Shown one piece after another: positions 1 to 11,471 of a stretch of DNA of 64,000 bases. The translations under genes were made by a program, and so were the position numbers. The DNA lies in the sequence record SRR31156797_6884; one strand, given 5' to 3'. The stretch's first letter is position 1. Every line of letters starts with the position of its first letter. Below the pieces are notes generated by a model, which saw nothing but the letters and a program-made list of their open reading frames with translations, did not search any database and was not told the DNA's origin.

Positions 1-36
1 AACAAAATTTAACCTCAAAAGATAAACAGACCCTAA
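1..36 (-). repeat. End of a MITE-like intergenic repeat, truncated at the window edge
   Basis: Minus strand reads TTAGGGTCTGTTTATCTTTTGAGGTTAAATTTTGTT. The same terminal motif recurs at 9017 and 40654. Confidence 0.5.
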
Positions 37-43
37 GGATTAG

Positions 44-712
44 CTATTTATCAATTGATAATCCGAATTCTTTACCTGCATCGGCTAACCAGCGCCAGAT
101 ATAGTCGGCGAAACTGCGCCTTACCACCAACTGCCACTGATTTTCTCCGACTCGGTAGAAAAGTGCCGAACTCTTAGCGAGCAGTGATGCCGCCACTTTA
201 CCAACCGGAAACTCTGAAGGGTGCACGTCTAATGGAGTGCTCTTTTTCAACACATCAATAGCATTAACACCCGACAACTCAATGATGGTCTGGCCGCCAC
301 TTTGATTCACTATCGAGAAATGCCCCGTTAGCTTGTCACGCAACGCGACTTCGATATCAAACATCATGTCTGCGGAAGAGATAATCAGCCACTCATCAGG
401 GCTCAACCATAAGATTTTAGTGACATCATTTGCAGAGGAGGTCAGTGGTTTAACAGGTAAACTCAACCCAAGAACCTCGGAAACACCCTTTGCAAAACCT
501 TCATCTTCGCAGTTACCACGTAAGATCAAATGCCCCATCAGCTCGAGCTCTTTCATCACAACGCCTGCAAACTTAGTCGTTGGCTGAACAGTAAAGTGTT
601 TTTGGCTCTCAAACACTGGAGACTGTGCTGGTAGTGTTGAGAACTGGTCCATCACCGCCACTTGGTTTTCTAACGTCAATTTTTCTTTTTCAGGTGAAAG
701 TACATCAGACAT
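44..712 (-). CDS. soxG: Sarcosine oxidase subunit gamma
   Basis: Start moved to MSDVLS (ATG at 712), overlapping the soxA stop. WLSPDEWL and RRSFADY motifs; last gene of soxBDAG. Confidence 0.9.
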   Translation of the reverse strand: MSDVLSPEKEKLTLENQVAVMDQFSTLPAQSPVFESQKHFTVQPTTKFAGVVMKELELMGHLILRGNCEDEGFAKGVSEVLGLSLPVKPLTSSANDVTKILWLSPDEWLIISSADMMFDIEVALRDKLTGHFSIVNQSGGQTIIELSGVNAIDVLKKSTPLDVHPSEFPVGKVAASLLAKSSALFYRVGENQWQLVVRRSFADYIWRWLADAGKEFGLSIDK

Positions 713-3700
713 TTTGGCGTTCTCCTTTAGGGTCAAAAAATACCGGGCTACAAATTTCTGCTTCGATGACTTGCCCATTAGCAAGTGGGTAATAAACCTT
801 ATCGCCCATTTTGTTCAGTCCATCGACAATAAAGCCCATGGCAATACTGCGTTCCAGATTTGCACTCCAATAACTTGAGCTGACATGCCCCAACATGGTC
901 ATTGGAATTGGTTGATTTGGATCCGCTACCGCCTGGGCGCCTTCTGGAATCACCACTTTGGGATCTACGGTTTTAAGGCCAACCAATTGCTTACGCCCTT
1001 TACGAGCATTCGCTTCTAACGCCATACCACGCTTACCAATAAAGCTGAATGGTTTTTTAACCCCAACACACCAGCTCATATCCAAATCATAAGGCGTGAC
1101 TGAACCATCGGTATCCTGACCTGCAATGATGAAGCCTTTTTCAGCACGCAGAATGTGCATGGTTTCTGTACCGTAAGGTGTTAAATCGTATTTCGCGCCA
1201 TGCTCGAACAATTTGTCCCAAACATACTGCGCGTAATTCGCCTGAACGTTGATTTCAAATGACAGTTCACCAGTGAATGAAATACGGAATACACGGGCAG
1301 GTACGCCAGCGACTTTGCCTGCTTTCCAATCCATGAACTTAAAGTTCTCTGCACTGATATCTATGTCCGTTAATTCTTCCAGTAATTTACGACTGTTAGG
1401 ACCACCGATGGTCATGGTTGCCCAGTGATCGGTAACACTGTTGAAATAGACTTCAAGTTCCGGCCATTCCGTTTGATGATATAGCTCTAGCCATTCGAGA
1501 ACATGCGCAGCACCGCCGGTTGTTGTGGTCATCAAGAAGTGATTTTCACCAAGGCAAGACGTTACGCCATCGTCAAATACCATACCGTCTTCACCACACA
1601 TCAGTCCGTAACGACATTTGCCCACACCCAGTTTGGCCCAAGCATTCGAGTAAACACGGCCGACAAACTCACGCGCATCTTTACCCTGAATATCGATTTT
1701 ACCCAGCGTTGAGGCATCCAAAATACCGACACTGGTGCGAACGGCTTTACATTCACGGTCCAATGCCTGTTGCATCGTTTCATTCCCTTGCGGGTAATAC
1801 CAAGGACGCTTCCACAAACCGACATCTTCAAATTTGGCACCATGCGCGACATGCCACTCATGCATCGCTGTATAGCGCATTGGGTCGAACAACTCGTTAC
1901 AATTGCGACCAGCGATAGCACCGAAAGTCACCGGCGTATAGTTTGGTCGGAAAATGGTGGTACCTGTTTCAGGAATTGTTTGTCCAAGCTTTTTCGCAGC
2001 GATAGCCATACCGTTGATATTACCCAGCTTGCCCTGATCGGTACCAAAGCCTAGCGCGGTATAACGTTTAACGTGCTCAATCGATTCAAAACCCTCGCGA
2101 GTTGCAAGTTCAATCGCCGATGCTGTGACATCATTCTGATAGTCAACAAACTGCTTTGGCGCACGAGATGTCGGCTTGAAATGAGGAATATGGAAAAGCG
2201 CCATAGGTTCACTGTATTTCTTTGATTGAACTGTCGGACAACTGGTTGCACTCGCCGTGCCCTTCAACAAATTAACCGCTTGTTGACCGACTTCAAAACC
2301 TTGTCGGATCACATCTTCCAGTGTTTTTAACCCATTGATGGAACCCGCAGTAAGCTGACGCTGAACCGTCTCTCCTGGAATAAAGCCAATCGCTTCATCA
2401 CTCCACACCGGACGACTGCCAGTGTGACAAGACAAGTGAACGGCTGGGCTCCAGCCACCTGAGCTGGCAATAGTGTCACAAGTCAGTAAGCGCTCTTTAC
2501 CCACCACGCTATCACCTTTTGCATTGATACTAGCAATAACAGCACCGCTTACACGCTTGGAACCTTTAACATCGATAACAGCACTACCGGTAATCAACTC
2601 AATACCTAAGTTCTTCACCAGTTCAACAAGCTCTCCGCTCACGGTTTGGCGCGTATCGACTATCGCAACCACTTCTTTTCCGGCATTGAACCAATCAACA
2701 GCCGTCTGGTATGCGCCATCATTCGTCGTCATCAATACCAGTTTCTCACCCGGAACAACCGCATAGCGATTGATATAGGTTGAAACGGCGGATGCCACCA
2801 TACATCCCGGCACATCGTTATTACCGAAAACTAACGGGCGCTCATGTGCACCTGTCGCAAGAACAACCCAATCAGCACGCACACGGTGCATACGCTGACG
2901 CGCTTTTTCGCGACCGACGAAATCAGCACTATGATCGGCAATACGCTCATGAATCGTCAGGAAGTTATGATCATGGTAACCGTTGACCGTGGAACGGCTG
3001 AGCATAGTGACATCTGGGTATCTGGCCAATTCGTCGACAACACTGCTTACCCACTCTATTGCTGGCTTTTCATCAATCAGTTCTTGTGTAGACAATAAGC
3101 TACCGCCAAACTCGTTTTGCTCGTCAGCGATGATGACTCGCGCGCCCGCTCTGGCTGCACACAAGGCACTCATTAAGCCTGCCGGTCCAGCACCAACCAC
3201 TAACAAGTCACAATGTTGATTCAAGTGATCATAAATATCCGGATCGACTTCGGTTGAAGAACGACCCAAACCCGCCGCTTTACGGATGTATTTCTCATAG
3301 GTCGGCCACATTTTTGCCGGAGACATAAAGGTTTTGTAGTAAAAACCCGGCGGCATTAAGTTAGCACCTACTTTGCCAACAACGCCCATAAAATCAGACT
3401 CGACGTTTGGCCAACCATTAGTAGAAGTACAAACTAAACCATCATAAAGCTCTTGCTGCGTCGCTCGAACGTTAGGAATTTGAGTGGCCTCAGTCGCACC
3501 AATCTGAAGAATTGCATTCGGCTCTTCCGCTCCTGCCGCAACCACGCCGCGAGGGCGGCTGTACTTAAAACTGCGCCCCACAATATCGACGCCATTCGCC
3601 AACAATGCTGAGGCAACCGTATCACCTTCAAACCCTTGATATTGTTTGCCATTAAAAGAAAAAGTAATCGGCTTTACACGTTCAACACGTCCACCAGAAG

Positions 3701-3722
3701 TTAAGCGATTGGTTTGTTTCAT
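705..3722 (-). CDS. soxA: Sarcosine oxidase subunit alpha
   Basis: 1005 aa; GRSFKYSRPRG, GAGPAG Rossmann motif, C-terminal GcvT-like folate domain (DASTLGKIDIQG, RISFTGELSFE). Confidence 0.97.
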   Translation of the reverse strand: MKQTNRLTSGGRVERVKPITFSFNGKQYQGFEGDTVASALLANGVDIVGRSFKYSRPRGVVAAGAEEPNAILQIGATEATQIPNVRATQQELYDGLVCTSTNGWPNVESDFMGVVGKVGANLMPPGFYYKTFMSPAKMWPTYEKYIRKAAGLGRSSTEVDPDIYDHLNQHCDLLVVGAGPAGLMSALCAARAGARVIIADEQNEFGGSLLSTQELIDEKPAIEWVSSVVDELARYPDVTMLSRSTVNGYHDHNFLTIHERIADHSADFVGREKARQRMHRVRADWVVLATGAHERPLVFGNNDVPGCMVASAVSTYINRYAVVPGEKLVLMTTNDGAYQTAVDWFNAGKEVVAIVDTRQTVSGELVELVKNLGIELITGSAVIDVKGSKRVSGAVIASINAKGDSVVGKERLLTCDTIASSGGWSPAVHLSCHTGSRPVWSDEAIGFIPGETVQRQLTAGSINGLKTLEDVIRQGFEVGQQAVNLLKGTASATSCPTVQSKKYSEPMALFHIPHFKPTSRAPKQFVDYQNDVTASAIELATREGFESIEHVKRYTALGFGTDQGKLGNINGMAIAAKKLGQTIPETGTTIFRPNYTPVTFGAIAGRNCNELFDPMRYTAMHEWHVAHGAKFEDVGLWKRPWYYPQGNETMQQALDRECKAVRTSVGILDASTLGKIDIQGKDAREFVGRVYSNAWAKLGVGKCRYGLMCGEDGMVFDDGVTSCLGENHFLMTTTTGGAAHVLEWLELYHQTEWPELEVYFNSVTDHWATMTIGGPNSRKLLEELTDIDISAENFKFMDWKAGKVAGVPARVFRISFTGELSFEINVQANYAQYVWDKLFEHGAKYDLTPYGTETMHILRAEKGFIIAGQDTDGSVTPYDLDMSWCVGVKKPFSFIGKRGMALEANARKGRKQLVGLKTVDPKVVIPEGAQAVADPNQPIPMTMLGHVSSSYWSANLERSIAMGFIVDGLNKMGDKVYYPLANGQVIEAEICSPVFFDPKGERQNV

Positions 3723-4024
3723 AGTTCCGCTCCTTTGATGGCGTTCTCTATTTCTTCAGGTTTTACGCCCATTTTATAAACCTGTTTAATTTCATACGTC
3801 GCCGTATCCCGTGCGATATTGAAAAACTTCCGACACCCTGCCGAGTGATGCCACATCTCGTGATATAAACCCTTTGGATTTGAACGAAAGTGCAGAAATT
3901 CACCCCACTCTTTATCTGTACAGTTATCCGGGTCAAGTGGGCGAGCGATATGCGCTTGCCCTTTAGCATGAAACTCTTCTTCTTCACGCATTTCCTGACA
4001 ATATGGACAATAGATATGAAACAT
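3719..4024 (-). CDS. soxD: Sarcosine oxidase subunit delta
   Basis: CPYC plus H/C Zn-ligand pattern (HSAGC); lies between soxB and soxA. Confidence 0.95.
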   Translation of the reverse strand: MFHIYCPYCQEMREEEEFHAKGQAHIARPLDPDNCTDKEWGEFLHFRSNPKGLYHEMWHHSAGCRKFFNIARDTATYEIKQVYKMGVKPEEIENAIKGAEL

Positions 4025-4039
4025 TGTGCTCTCCTTTGC

Positions 4040-5293
4040 CTAGTGCGCTACGCCAGCGGCGCCGTGTTCATCCACCAAAGAACCATCATGGAAACGGAAC
4101 ATTGAGAAAGGTTTCGCCAGTTCATGCATTTCACCTTTCGCTAATGAAGCCGCAAAAACATTGCCCGACCCCGGAGTCGCTTTAAAACCACCCGTACCCC
4201 ATCCACAGTTGAAGAAAAGGTTCTCAACCGGCGTTTTTGAAATAATTGGGCTTGCGTCGTGAGTCGTATCCACAATACCGCCCCATTGACGATTCATCCG
4301 CACACGACTAAACATAGGGAACATTTCAACAATGGCCTGAATCGTGTGCTCAATAGTTGGGTAAGAACCACGCTGACCATAACCGTTGTAGCCATCAATA
4401 CCTGCACCGATAACTAAGTCACCTTTGTCTGATTGACTCACGTAACCGTGCACGTGGTTTGACATCACCACCGTATCAATCACTGGTTTGATCGGTTCTG
4501 AAACTAAGGCCTGAAGAGGATGGGATTCTAGTGGAAGCTCAAAGCCCGCCAGATTCGCCATGACACCCGAATGTCCAGCAGTCACCACACCAACGCGATC
4601 TGCTTTAATCACACCATGACGATTGGTTTTAACCCCAACCACTGCGCCATCTTCCATCTCAAAACCAATCACTTCGGTTTGCTGGATAAGATCGACACCC
4701 ATGCTGTCAGCACCACGAGCATAACCCCACGCTACCGCATCATGACGAGCGACACCCGCTCTTGGCTGCCAGGAAGCTCCCATTACCGGATAACGACGGT
4801 TTTGCGAGCAGTCCATCGCAGGAACAATCTCTTTAACCTGCTGCGCATCTAATACTTCACCATCAATCCCGTTAAGTCGGTTAGCATTAACACGGCGCTC
4901 AATATCACGCATGTCCTGCAGTGTATGCCCCACGTTCAGACAGCCACGTTGAGAGAACATCACGTTGTAATTGAGATCCTGAGAAAGTCCTTCCCACAGT
5001 TTCAGAGAGTGTTCAAACAAATGCGCCGCTTCGTCCCATAGGTAGTTAGAACGGACAATAGTGGTATTACGCGCGGTATTACCACCACCAAGGTATCCCT
5101 TTTCAACAACCGCGATGTTGGTGATGCCATATTCTTTTGCCAGATAGTAAGCTGTGGCTAAACCGTGACCACCACCACCAACGATGATGACGTCATATTT
5201 TTTCTTTGGTTGTGGATTTCGCCATAGACGCTGCCAGTTTTCATGGTAGCCAAAGCTGTGTTTCAACAGCCCAAATCCTGAGTAACGCTCCAT
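4040..5293 (-). CDS. soxB: Sarcosine oxidase subunit beta
   Basis: GGGGHG FAD motif, [21 protein letters not shown]-terminal EHGAAGVAH. Confidence 0.97.
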   Translation of the reverse strand: MERYSGFGLLKHSFGYHENWQRLWRNPQPKKKYDVIIVGGGGHGLATAYYLAKEYGITNIAVVEKGYLGGGNTARNTTIVRSNYLWDEAAHLFEHSLKLWEGLSQDLNYNVMFSQRGCLNVGHTLQDMRDIERRVNANRLNGIDGEVLDAQQVKEIVPAMDCSQNRRYPVMGASWQPRAGVARHDAVAWGYARGADSMGVDLIQQTEVIGFEMEDGAVVGVKTNRHGVIKADRVGVVTAGHSGVMANLAGFELPLESHPLQALVSEPIKPVIDTVVMSNHVHGYVSQSDKGDLVIGAGIDGYNGYGQRGSYPTIEHTIQAIVEMFPMFSRVRMNRQWGGIVDTTHDASPIISKTPVENLFFNCGWGTGGFKATPGSGNVFAASLAKGEMHELAKPFSMFRFHDGSLVDEHGAAGVAH

Positions 5294-5321
5294 AATTCTT
5301 CTCCTAGTATCCGTTCCAGGC

Positions 5322-6587
5322 CTAGCGATACACTGGGTATTCAGCGCAAAGGGCGATAACCTGTGATTTCACTTGTTGAATTTTCTGTTCTAATTTTTCT
5401 TCGTCATCTAAAACATCAAGAATGTCTGCAATCCAATTCGCCAAGATCGAACACTCTTCATCTTTGAATCCGCGAGTGGTGATAACCGGAGAACCGATAC
5501 GTAAGCCCGATGTCACAAATGGAGATTGAGGATCATTTGGCACTGCATTTTTATTTACAGTGATGTTCGCGCGACCTAAAGCCGCATCTGCCGCTTTACC
5601 GGTGAGCCCCTGTTTAACCAGACTTAATAGGAAAAGATGGTTATCGGTGCCGTTAGATACGATTTCATAACCACGTCCGCTCAGCACTTCTGCCATGATT
5701 TTTGCGTTAATCAGCACTTGCTCCTGATAAGCGACGAACTCAGGCTGTAGTGCTTCTTTAAATGACACGGCCTTCGCCGCGATAACATGCATCAGAGGGC
5801 CACCCTGACCACCGGGGAACACAGCAGAATTGAGTTTTTTCTCCAGTTCTGGGTTTTCTTGCGCAAGGATTAAGCCGCCGCGAGGACCGCGAAGTGTTTT
5901 GTGTGTGGTAGTGGTCACCACGTCTGCCCATGGCACAGGACTCGGATACAACTTCGCGGCAACCAGTCCGGCAACGTGTGCCATATCCACAAACAGATAA
6001 GCATCAACCTTGTCAGCAATGTCTCTGAAGCGTGACCAGTCCACTTTTCGAGAGTACGCAGAGAAACCAGCGACAATCACTTTTGGACGATGCTCAAAAG
6101 CAAGTTGCTCAACCTGTTCATAATCGATTTCACCGGTGTCCTGAGTGATGCCGTATTGAACTGCATTATAGATTTTTCCGGAAAAGCTCACTTTAGAACC
6201 GTGAGTTAAGTGCCCACCATGATCTAAGCTCATGCCTAGAATGGTGTCTCCTGGTTCACACAAAGCCGCATAGACAGCAGCATTTGCCTGAGAGCCAGAA
6301 TGAGGCTGAACATTGGCGTAATCAGCACAGAAGAGTTTGCATGCGCGTTCGATCGCTAATTTTTCGATCTGATCGACATACTCACAACCACCGTAATAAC
6401 GTTTCTCAGGATACCCTTCTGCATATTTATTTGTTAATACTGAACCCTGCGCTTCCATTACTCGTGGGCTGGTATAGTTCTCTGATGCAATCAGTTCGAT
6501 ATGCTCTTCCTGACGCTTTTCTTCTAACTGCATTGCTGCCCAAACAGCATCATCGAAACTCGCAATCGAATCGTTTTTCGTAAACAT
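5322..6587 (-). CDS. glyA: Serine hydroxymethyltransferase
   Basis: [14 protein letters not shown] and [17 protein letters not shown] motif. Confidence 0.98.
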   Translation of the reverse strand: MFTKNDSIASFDDAVWAAMQLEEKRQEEHIELIASENYTSPRVMEAQGSVLTNKYAEGYPEKRYYGGCEYVDQIEKLAIERACKLFCADYANVQPHSGSQANAAVYAALCEPGDTILGMSLDHGGHLTHGSKVSFSGKIYNAVQYGITQDTGEIDYEQVEQLAFEHRPKVIVAGFSAYSRKVDWSRFRDIADKVDAYLFVDMAHVAGLVAAKLYPSPVPWADVVTTTTHKTLRGPRGGLILAQENPELEKKLNSAVFPGGQGGPLMHVIAAKAVSFKEALQPEFVAYQEQVLINAKIMAEVLSGRGYEIVSNGTDNHLFLLSLVKQGLTGKAADAALGRANITVNKNAVPNDPQSPFVTSGLRIGSPVITTRGFKDEECSILANWIADILDVLDDEEKLEQKIQQVKSQVIALCAEYPVYR

Positions 6588-6692
6588 CTCTTCTCTCCAT
6601 GCTGACCTTCACAATGAAGTCACTTTCTTCCTTGGTGTAGATTTGATGTTATAGATTCACCTGTTTGCAGATATGCTTATTAACGTCTAGCG

Positions 6693-6711
6693 AATGTCGA
6701 TTTGCGACATT
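6693..6711. promoter_or_regulatory. Palindromic candidate operator upstream of glyA-sox
   Basis: AATGTCG-ATTTG-CGACATT inverted repeat about 105 bp upstream of the glyA ATG. Confidence 0.45.
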
Positions 6712-6933
6712 TGAAATGGCTTTGGTGATACGACTGGCAATTGTGGCTATAGACGTGATCATCAATATACTTTCATCCAATTACCAAGTAACATGTGGCG
6801 CAATTATGAATTAGCCAAATTTGAATGTTCCAGCAAGGCTGAAACAACTGTTTTTGCCATGTCAGAAAAACAAATTTGGGAAAGTTTTGGAGAAAGACAT
6901 TCTCCATAAAAACATAGGTTTACGATTTAAAAT

Positions 6934-8955
6934 ATGTTTCAAGACAACCCGCTACTCGCCCAGTTAAAGCAACAAATCCAAGAGAACCTGCCGAAGAAAG
7001 AAGGCACTATTAAAGCCACTGATAAAGGCTTTGGTTTTCTGGAAGTTGATAGTAAAAACAGCTTCTTTATACCGCCACCGTACATGAAAAAATGTATGCA
7101 TGGTGACAAAGTCATCGCCATCATTCGTACCGAAAAAGAGCGCGAAGTGGCTGAACCACAAGAACTTGTTGAGCAATCACTAAATCGCTTTATTGGTCGC
7201 GTTAAGTTGTTTAAAGGTAAGCTAAACGTTGCACCTGATCACCCACAGCTCAAGAAAACACCACTGAAAGCTAAGGTGAAAAAGGGACTCAATCCAGAGC
7301 ACTTTAAAGAAGGTGACTGGGTTGTTGCGCATCTTATTCGCCACCCGCTGAAAGGCGACGACGGCTTCTTTGTACAGATTTCAGAAAAAATCACTGACGC
7401 TGACGACAAGATTGCGCCTTGGTGGGTAACGTTGGCGGAAAACGATCTGCCAAATAGCGAACCAGACGGCATTGAAAGCTGGGAACTTAAAGACGACGCT
7501 GATTTAGAACGTACCGATCTTACTGATGTTCCATTTGTCACTATCGATGGTGCTTCAACCAAAGATATGGATGATGCGTTATTTGCTAAGAAACTCGATG
7601 ACGGCAGCTTTGAGCTGACTATTGCGATTGCAGATCCTACTGCGTATATCACGCCAGAAGATAAGATGGATAAAGTCGCGCGCGAGCGTGGTTTCACTAT
7701 CTACTTGCCGGGCCGTAACATTCCAATGTTGCCACGTGATTTAGCGGATGACCTGTGTTCTCTTATCGAAAACCAAGTTCGCCCTGCACTTTGCTGTACT
7801 GTAACTATTGATAAAGATGGTGTTATCGGTGACGACATTCGTTTCTTTGCTGCTAACATGCAATCTCACGCTCGTCTGGTTTACGACCACGTTTCTGACT
7901 GGTTGGAACACGGTGAATCAACAGATTGGCAACCGAATGAAACGATCGCAGAAGTTGTGAAGACGCTGCACGAATTCTCTCAAGCTCGCGCTGACTGGCG
8001 TGAAAACAACGCGGTTGTCTTCCCTGATCGTCCAGACTATCGTTTTGAACTCAGCGAAGATAACGACGTTATCGCGATTCACGCAGACATGCGCCGCACG
8101 GCTAACCGTCTGGTTGAAGAAGCGATGATCACTGCCAATATCTGTGCAGGTAAAGTCCTTCAGTCATCGTTTAATTCTGGCGTATTCAATACACACGCTG
8201 GCTTTAAAGCAGACAAAGTTGCTGACGTTGTTGAACTCATGACATCAAATGGCGCTGAATGTGACGCAGAAAGCGTTGCAACGCTTGAAGGCTTTGCTTC
8301 TCTTCGTCGTTGGTTATGTGAACAAGAAACATCTTACCTCGATAACCGCATTCGTAAGAGCCAAAGCTACAGCGAGATTGGTAACCAGCCTCTTCCTCAC
8401 TACGCGATGGGCTTGGATGTGTACGCAACCTGGACATCTCCAATCCGTAAATACGGCGATATGATTAACCACCGCATGTTGAAAGCTCACGTTCTCAATA
8501 AAGAGCCCGTGCAGCAGCCGGACGATACAGTAGGTGAAGAACTCTCATTACACCGCAAGCACCACAAAATTGCAGAGAGAAATGTCGCTGACTGGTTATA
8601 CGCCCGTACTCTGGCCGAAGAGCCAGCGAAAGAAACTCGATTCACAGCGGAAATCTTCGATGTTAATCGCGCAGGTGTTCGTGTTCGTCTACTGGAAAAT
8701 GGTGCAGCGGCATTTATTCCAGCCTCTCTGATTCTGGCGAATAAAGAACGCTTAGAGTGCAACGGTGAGCAAGGCACGGTTTCTGTTGATAAAGAAGTGG
8801 TTTATCGCTTAGGTGATACTTTAGAAGTGGTGCTATCAGACGTAAACCAGGAAAACCGCAGCATTGTTGCGAAGCCAACACAGATTTTTGCCGACCAGCC
8901 AAAATCAGATGCAGAGCCTGAAACAGCAGACGCAGCGGCGACTAAACCTGAGTAA
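6934..8955 (+). CDS. rnb: Exoribonuclease II
   Basis: [15 protein letters not shown]-terminus, [13 protein letters not shown] catalytic motif, TWTSPIRKY. Confidence 0.97.
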   Translation: MFQDNPLLAQLKQQIQENLPKKEGTIKATDKGFGFLEVDSKNSFFIPPPYMKKCMHGDKVIAIIRTEKEREVAEPQELVEQSLNRFIGRVKLFKGKLNVAPDHPQLKKTPLKAKVKKGLNPEHFKEGDWVVAHLIRHPLKGDDGFFVQISEKITDADDKIAPWWVTLAENDLPNSEPDGIESWELKDDADLERTDLTDVPFVTIDGASTKDMDDALFAKKLDDGSFELTIAIADPTAYITPEDKMDKVARERGFTIYLPGRNIPMLPRDLADDLCSLIENQVRPALCCTVTIDKDGVIGDDIRFFAANMQSHARLVYDHVSDWLEHGESTDWQPNETIAEVVKTLHEFSQARADWRENNAVVFPDRPDYRFELSEDNDVIAIHADMRRTANRLVEEAMITANICAGKVLQSSFNSGVFNTHAGFKADKVADVVELMTSNGAECDAESVATLEGFASLRRWLCEQETSYLDNRIRKSQSYSEIGNQPLPHYAMGLDVYATWTSPIRKYGDMINHRMLKAHVLNKEPVQQPDDTVGEELSLHRKHHKIAERNVADWLYARTLAEEPAKETRFTAEIFDVNRAGVRVRLLENGAAAFIPASLILANKERLECNGEQGTVSVDKEVVYRLGDTLEVVLSDVNQENRSIVAKPTQIFADQPKSDAEPETADAAATKPE

Positions 8956-8975
8956 ATCTCTATTCAATCAATGAT

Positions 8976-9004
8976 AAAAAGGCATTCTACTGAATGCCTT
9001 TTTT
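8976..9004. terminator. Bidirectional intrinsic terminator
   Basis: AAAAA-GGCATTC-TACT-GAATGCC-TTTTTT between convergent genes. Confidence 0.85.
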
Positions 9005-9016
9005 GTGTCTACTGAT

Positions 9017-9034
9017 TAGGGTCTGTTGATCTAG
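9017..9034 (+). repeat. Short copy of the repeat terminus
   Basis: TAGGGTCTGTTGATCTAG. Confidence 0.45.
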
Positions 9035-9036
9035 CC

Positions 9037-9399
9037 TTATTGCCAAAAATAGGCTTTCGGATCTTTTTCTATCTCGCGCATTAAAGCCGTAAGGTCACTA
9101 CTTTTTGAAAGAAATGGATACGGGACCCACAATTCTTTGTCGCTCTCCATCTCTTCTCGTGATGGAATATACAAGGCCCAGTTATGCTCTTGTTCATCGC
9201 GAACAATTCGGGCAACAATACTCGAATACTCACAATGGACTGAGTCTAGTTTATAGTGATGTTGGATAAACTGAACCCCATTATCAATAGGCTCAAAACT
9301 GCATTTACCTAAATCTACTGGCAGACTACGATTACGGCTATGACACAGAAGTTCAGCTCTACGTTCTATCTGACGCTGCAGTAAATTAATGACTGCCAT
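9037..9399 (-). CDS. Conserved hypothetical protein (DUF3024-like)
   Basis: 120 aa ending EKDPKAYFW, which resembles the DUF3024 C-terminus; GAGGGA-type RBS upstream. Confidence 0.7.
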   Translation of the reverse strand: MAVINLLQRQIERRAELLCHSRNRSLPVDLGKCSFEPIDNGVQFIQHHYKLDSVHCEYSSIVARIVRDEQEHNWALYIPSREEMESDKELWVPYPFLSKSSDLTALMREIEKDPKAYFWQ

Positions 9400-9539
9400 G
9401 ATGATAGGTCCCTCTTTATCGTGTGACCAAGCATCTCTATAACCTCTAACCGATTAAGACTCACAGAGATATCTGAATATATTTCACCCCAGCCAAACTA
9501 AAGATATTTCTCGAATAATGCAAGGGGATGGATTGAATG

Positions 9540-9568
9540 CATTCATAAAACTGTCACTTAAACGACAT
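9540..9568 (+). promoter_or_regulatory. Pho box (PhoB site)
   Basis: CATTCAT-AAAA-CTGTCAC-TTAA-ACGACAT: three units at 11 bp period upstream of pstS. Confidence 0.8.
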
Positions 9569-9611
9569 ATGATATGCAGCTGATATTTCATTATTTGTTT
9601 GGAGTTCCACT

Positions 9612-10433
9612 ATGTTTCGAGTTGCTATCGCCACTCTTTGCTCCCTTTGCTTATTAAACCCTTTTGTCAATGCAGCCGAAATAAACGTATCTGGTTCGAC
9701 ATCCGTTTCTCGAATTATGGATGTTATCGCTGAAGAATATAATGCTAGCCACCCTGACACATACATCGCCGTTCAAGGTGTTGGATCTTCTGCGGGTATC
9801 ACGCTGTTAAAAAAAGGTGTTGCTGATATCGCAATGAGTTCTCGCTATCTGACGTCCAACGAAACGGAAGAATCCCTGCAAACAGTCATCCTTGCGTTTG
9901 ATGGTATTGCGGTTGTCGTTAATAAATCGAATCCAGTTAACGACTTAACTCGTGAACAGTTGTACAACATTTATAAAGGTAAAGTCACTAACTGGAAGCA
10001 AGTTGGCGGCACTGACCAGAAAATTGCCGTTGTTACTCGAGAAGCTTCTTCCGGCTCTCGTTATAGCTTTGAAAGCTTGTTAGGTCTGACTCGCGTTATC
10101 AAAGACCGTTTAGTTTCAGATATCAGCCCGAATAACCTTGTTGTTAACAGTAACAGCATGGTGAAAACGCTGGTCAACCATAACTCTCAAGCGGTGGGTT
10201 TTATCTCTACAGGGTCTGTTGATCAATCAGTAAAAGCCATTAGCTTTGAGGGTGTAGTAGCAACGCCTGAGACCATTGCCAGTCACGAATACCAACTAGC
10301 ACGTCCATTCCTGATTCTTCACTACCCAGAGAAAGAGACTGAAGCGGTGACAGAGTTCTTCCGCTTTATTAAATCAGACCGAGTAAAGCAGCTTATAGAA
10401 GAATATGGCTACATCCCTACAGCCAAGTACTAA
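9612..10433 (+). CDS. pstS: Phosphate ABC transporter substrate-binding protein (standalone)
   Basis: Signal peptide; SGSTSV, GVGSSAG, ADIAMSSR, REASSGSR motifs. Confidence 0.9.
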   Translation: MFRVAIATLCSLCLLNPFVNAAEINVSGSTSVSRIMDVIAEEYNASHPDTYIAVQGVGSSAGITLLKKGVADIAMSSRYLTSNETEESLQTVILAFDGIAVVVNKSNPVNDLTREQLYNIYKGKVTNWKQVGGTDQKIAVVTREASSGSRYSFESLLGLTRVIKDRLVSDISPNNLVVNSNSMVKTLVNHNSQAVGFISTGSVDQSVKAISFEGVVATPETIASHEYQLARPFLILHYPEKETEAVTEFFRFIKSDRVKQLIEEYGYIPTAKY

Positions 10434-10445
10434 CCGATAGAAAGC

Positions 10446-10477
10446 AAAAAGGAGAGCTAAATAAGCTCTCCTTTTTT
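10446..10477. terminator. Bidirectional intrinsic terminator
   Basis: AAAAAGGAGAGCT...AGCTCTCCTTTTTT. Confidence 0.85.
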
Positions 10478-10490
10478 CTATGAATCAACA

Positions 10491-11165
10491 TTAGAAATGA
10501 AGCTGAATAACCGAGGTTACGACACAACCGGGACGGCGGACACCTTCAATTTCGACTTTAATTTCACGTTCAATTTCTAAACCTTTCCTGATAGGCGTTA
10601 CTTTCGATAAAGTACTCACCGCTCGTACTCGGCTGTCCACTTTAATTGGATACGGAAAACGTACCGAATTTAAGCCGATATTCACCATCATTTTTGCTGT
10701 CGGGAACAGCAACTTGTCTTCATCTACACTATCGGTCAACTTAGGCAACAACGCTAACGTTAAAAAACCATGAGCAATAGTAGTTTTAAATGGAGACTCC
10801 GCTTGAGCTCTTTCTGGATTCGTATGAATCCATTGCATGTCTTCCGTAACTGCACCAAATTGGTTGATACGATGTTGATCAACCATCATCCAATCTCCAG
10901 TATGAATCACTTCACCTACCTTTAACGCAAGCTCGTTATAGACGGCCTGAGCTTCTGGTTTTAATACGATAGGTTCAACAACAGGAGCATCTTCGTTTGC
11001 TGGCGGGTTAAATTCCTTCACCCATGAAAAAAGCTGACGGCTATTGGTTTTATCCAACAACTCCCCCCAGTACTCACGTACTGTTGGAGACATCAATTGT
11101 TTAAACTCGTTATGCTTAACTAAGTTCTCAGCATGATGTTTGAAAAGATCCGCAACTTTCATCAA
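10491..11165 (-). CDS. MaoC-family (hot-dog fold) dehydratase
   Basis: D-x-Q-W-I-H and TIAHGFLTL motifs. Confidence 0.88.
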   Translation of the reverse strand: MMKVADLFKHHAENLVKHNEFKQLMSPTVREYWGELLDKTNSRQLFSWVKEFNPPANEDAPVVEPIVLKPEAQAVYNELALKVGEVIHTGDWMMVDQHRINQFGAVTEDMQWIHTNPERAQAESPFKTTIAHGFLTLALLPKLTDSVDEDKLLFPTAKMMVNIGLNSVRFPYPIKVDSRVRAVSTLSKVTPIRKGLEIEREIKVEIEGVRRPGCVVTSVIQLHF

Positions 11166-11471
11166 AACCTCATTCTTAACTAAGAGGAAATACTAATGCC
11201 TTAATTTTGAAGCACTTCACAATAATCTGCAATAACTTTCGAGCGTACAAGCGTTCCCTGAAAGTTTAAAAATAGAATAAAAACAACACGTTAATCAATA
11301 AAACATTATTTTATTAGTGTTCAGATAAATAGAGTTAACGCTCTAAGGAAAAATTTACTGTTGACACTCAACTTACTGATATTCCTAAACTAATGAATAA
11401 TAGACAACAGATAGCATAACCGCCACCCGAAATGTCGTTTTTAAACGAAACCTGACATCACTAGCACGCAT

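Noticed and set aside
713-784. N-terminal extensions in the ORF track (soxG here; also uxuA copy 1, dctQ, uxaC, uxaB, kdgK, hcrA-like)
   Set aside because: Downstream ATGs have better RBS or overlap geometry and family-typical N-termini.
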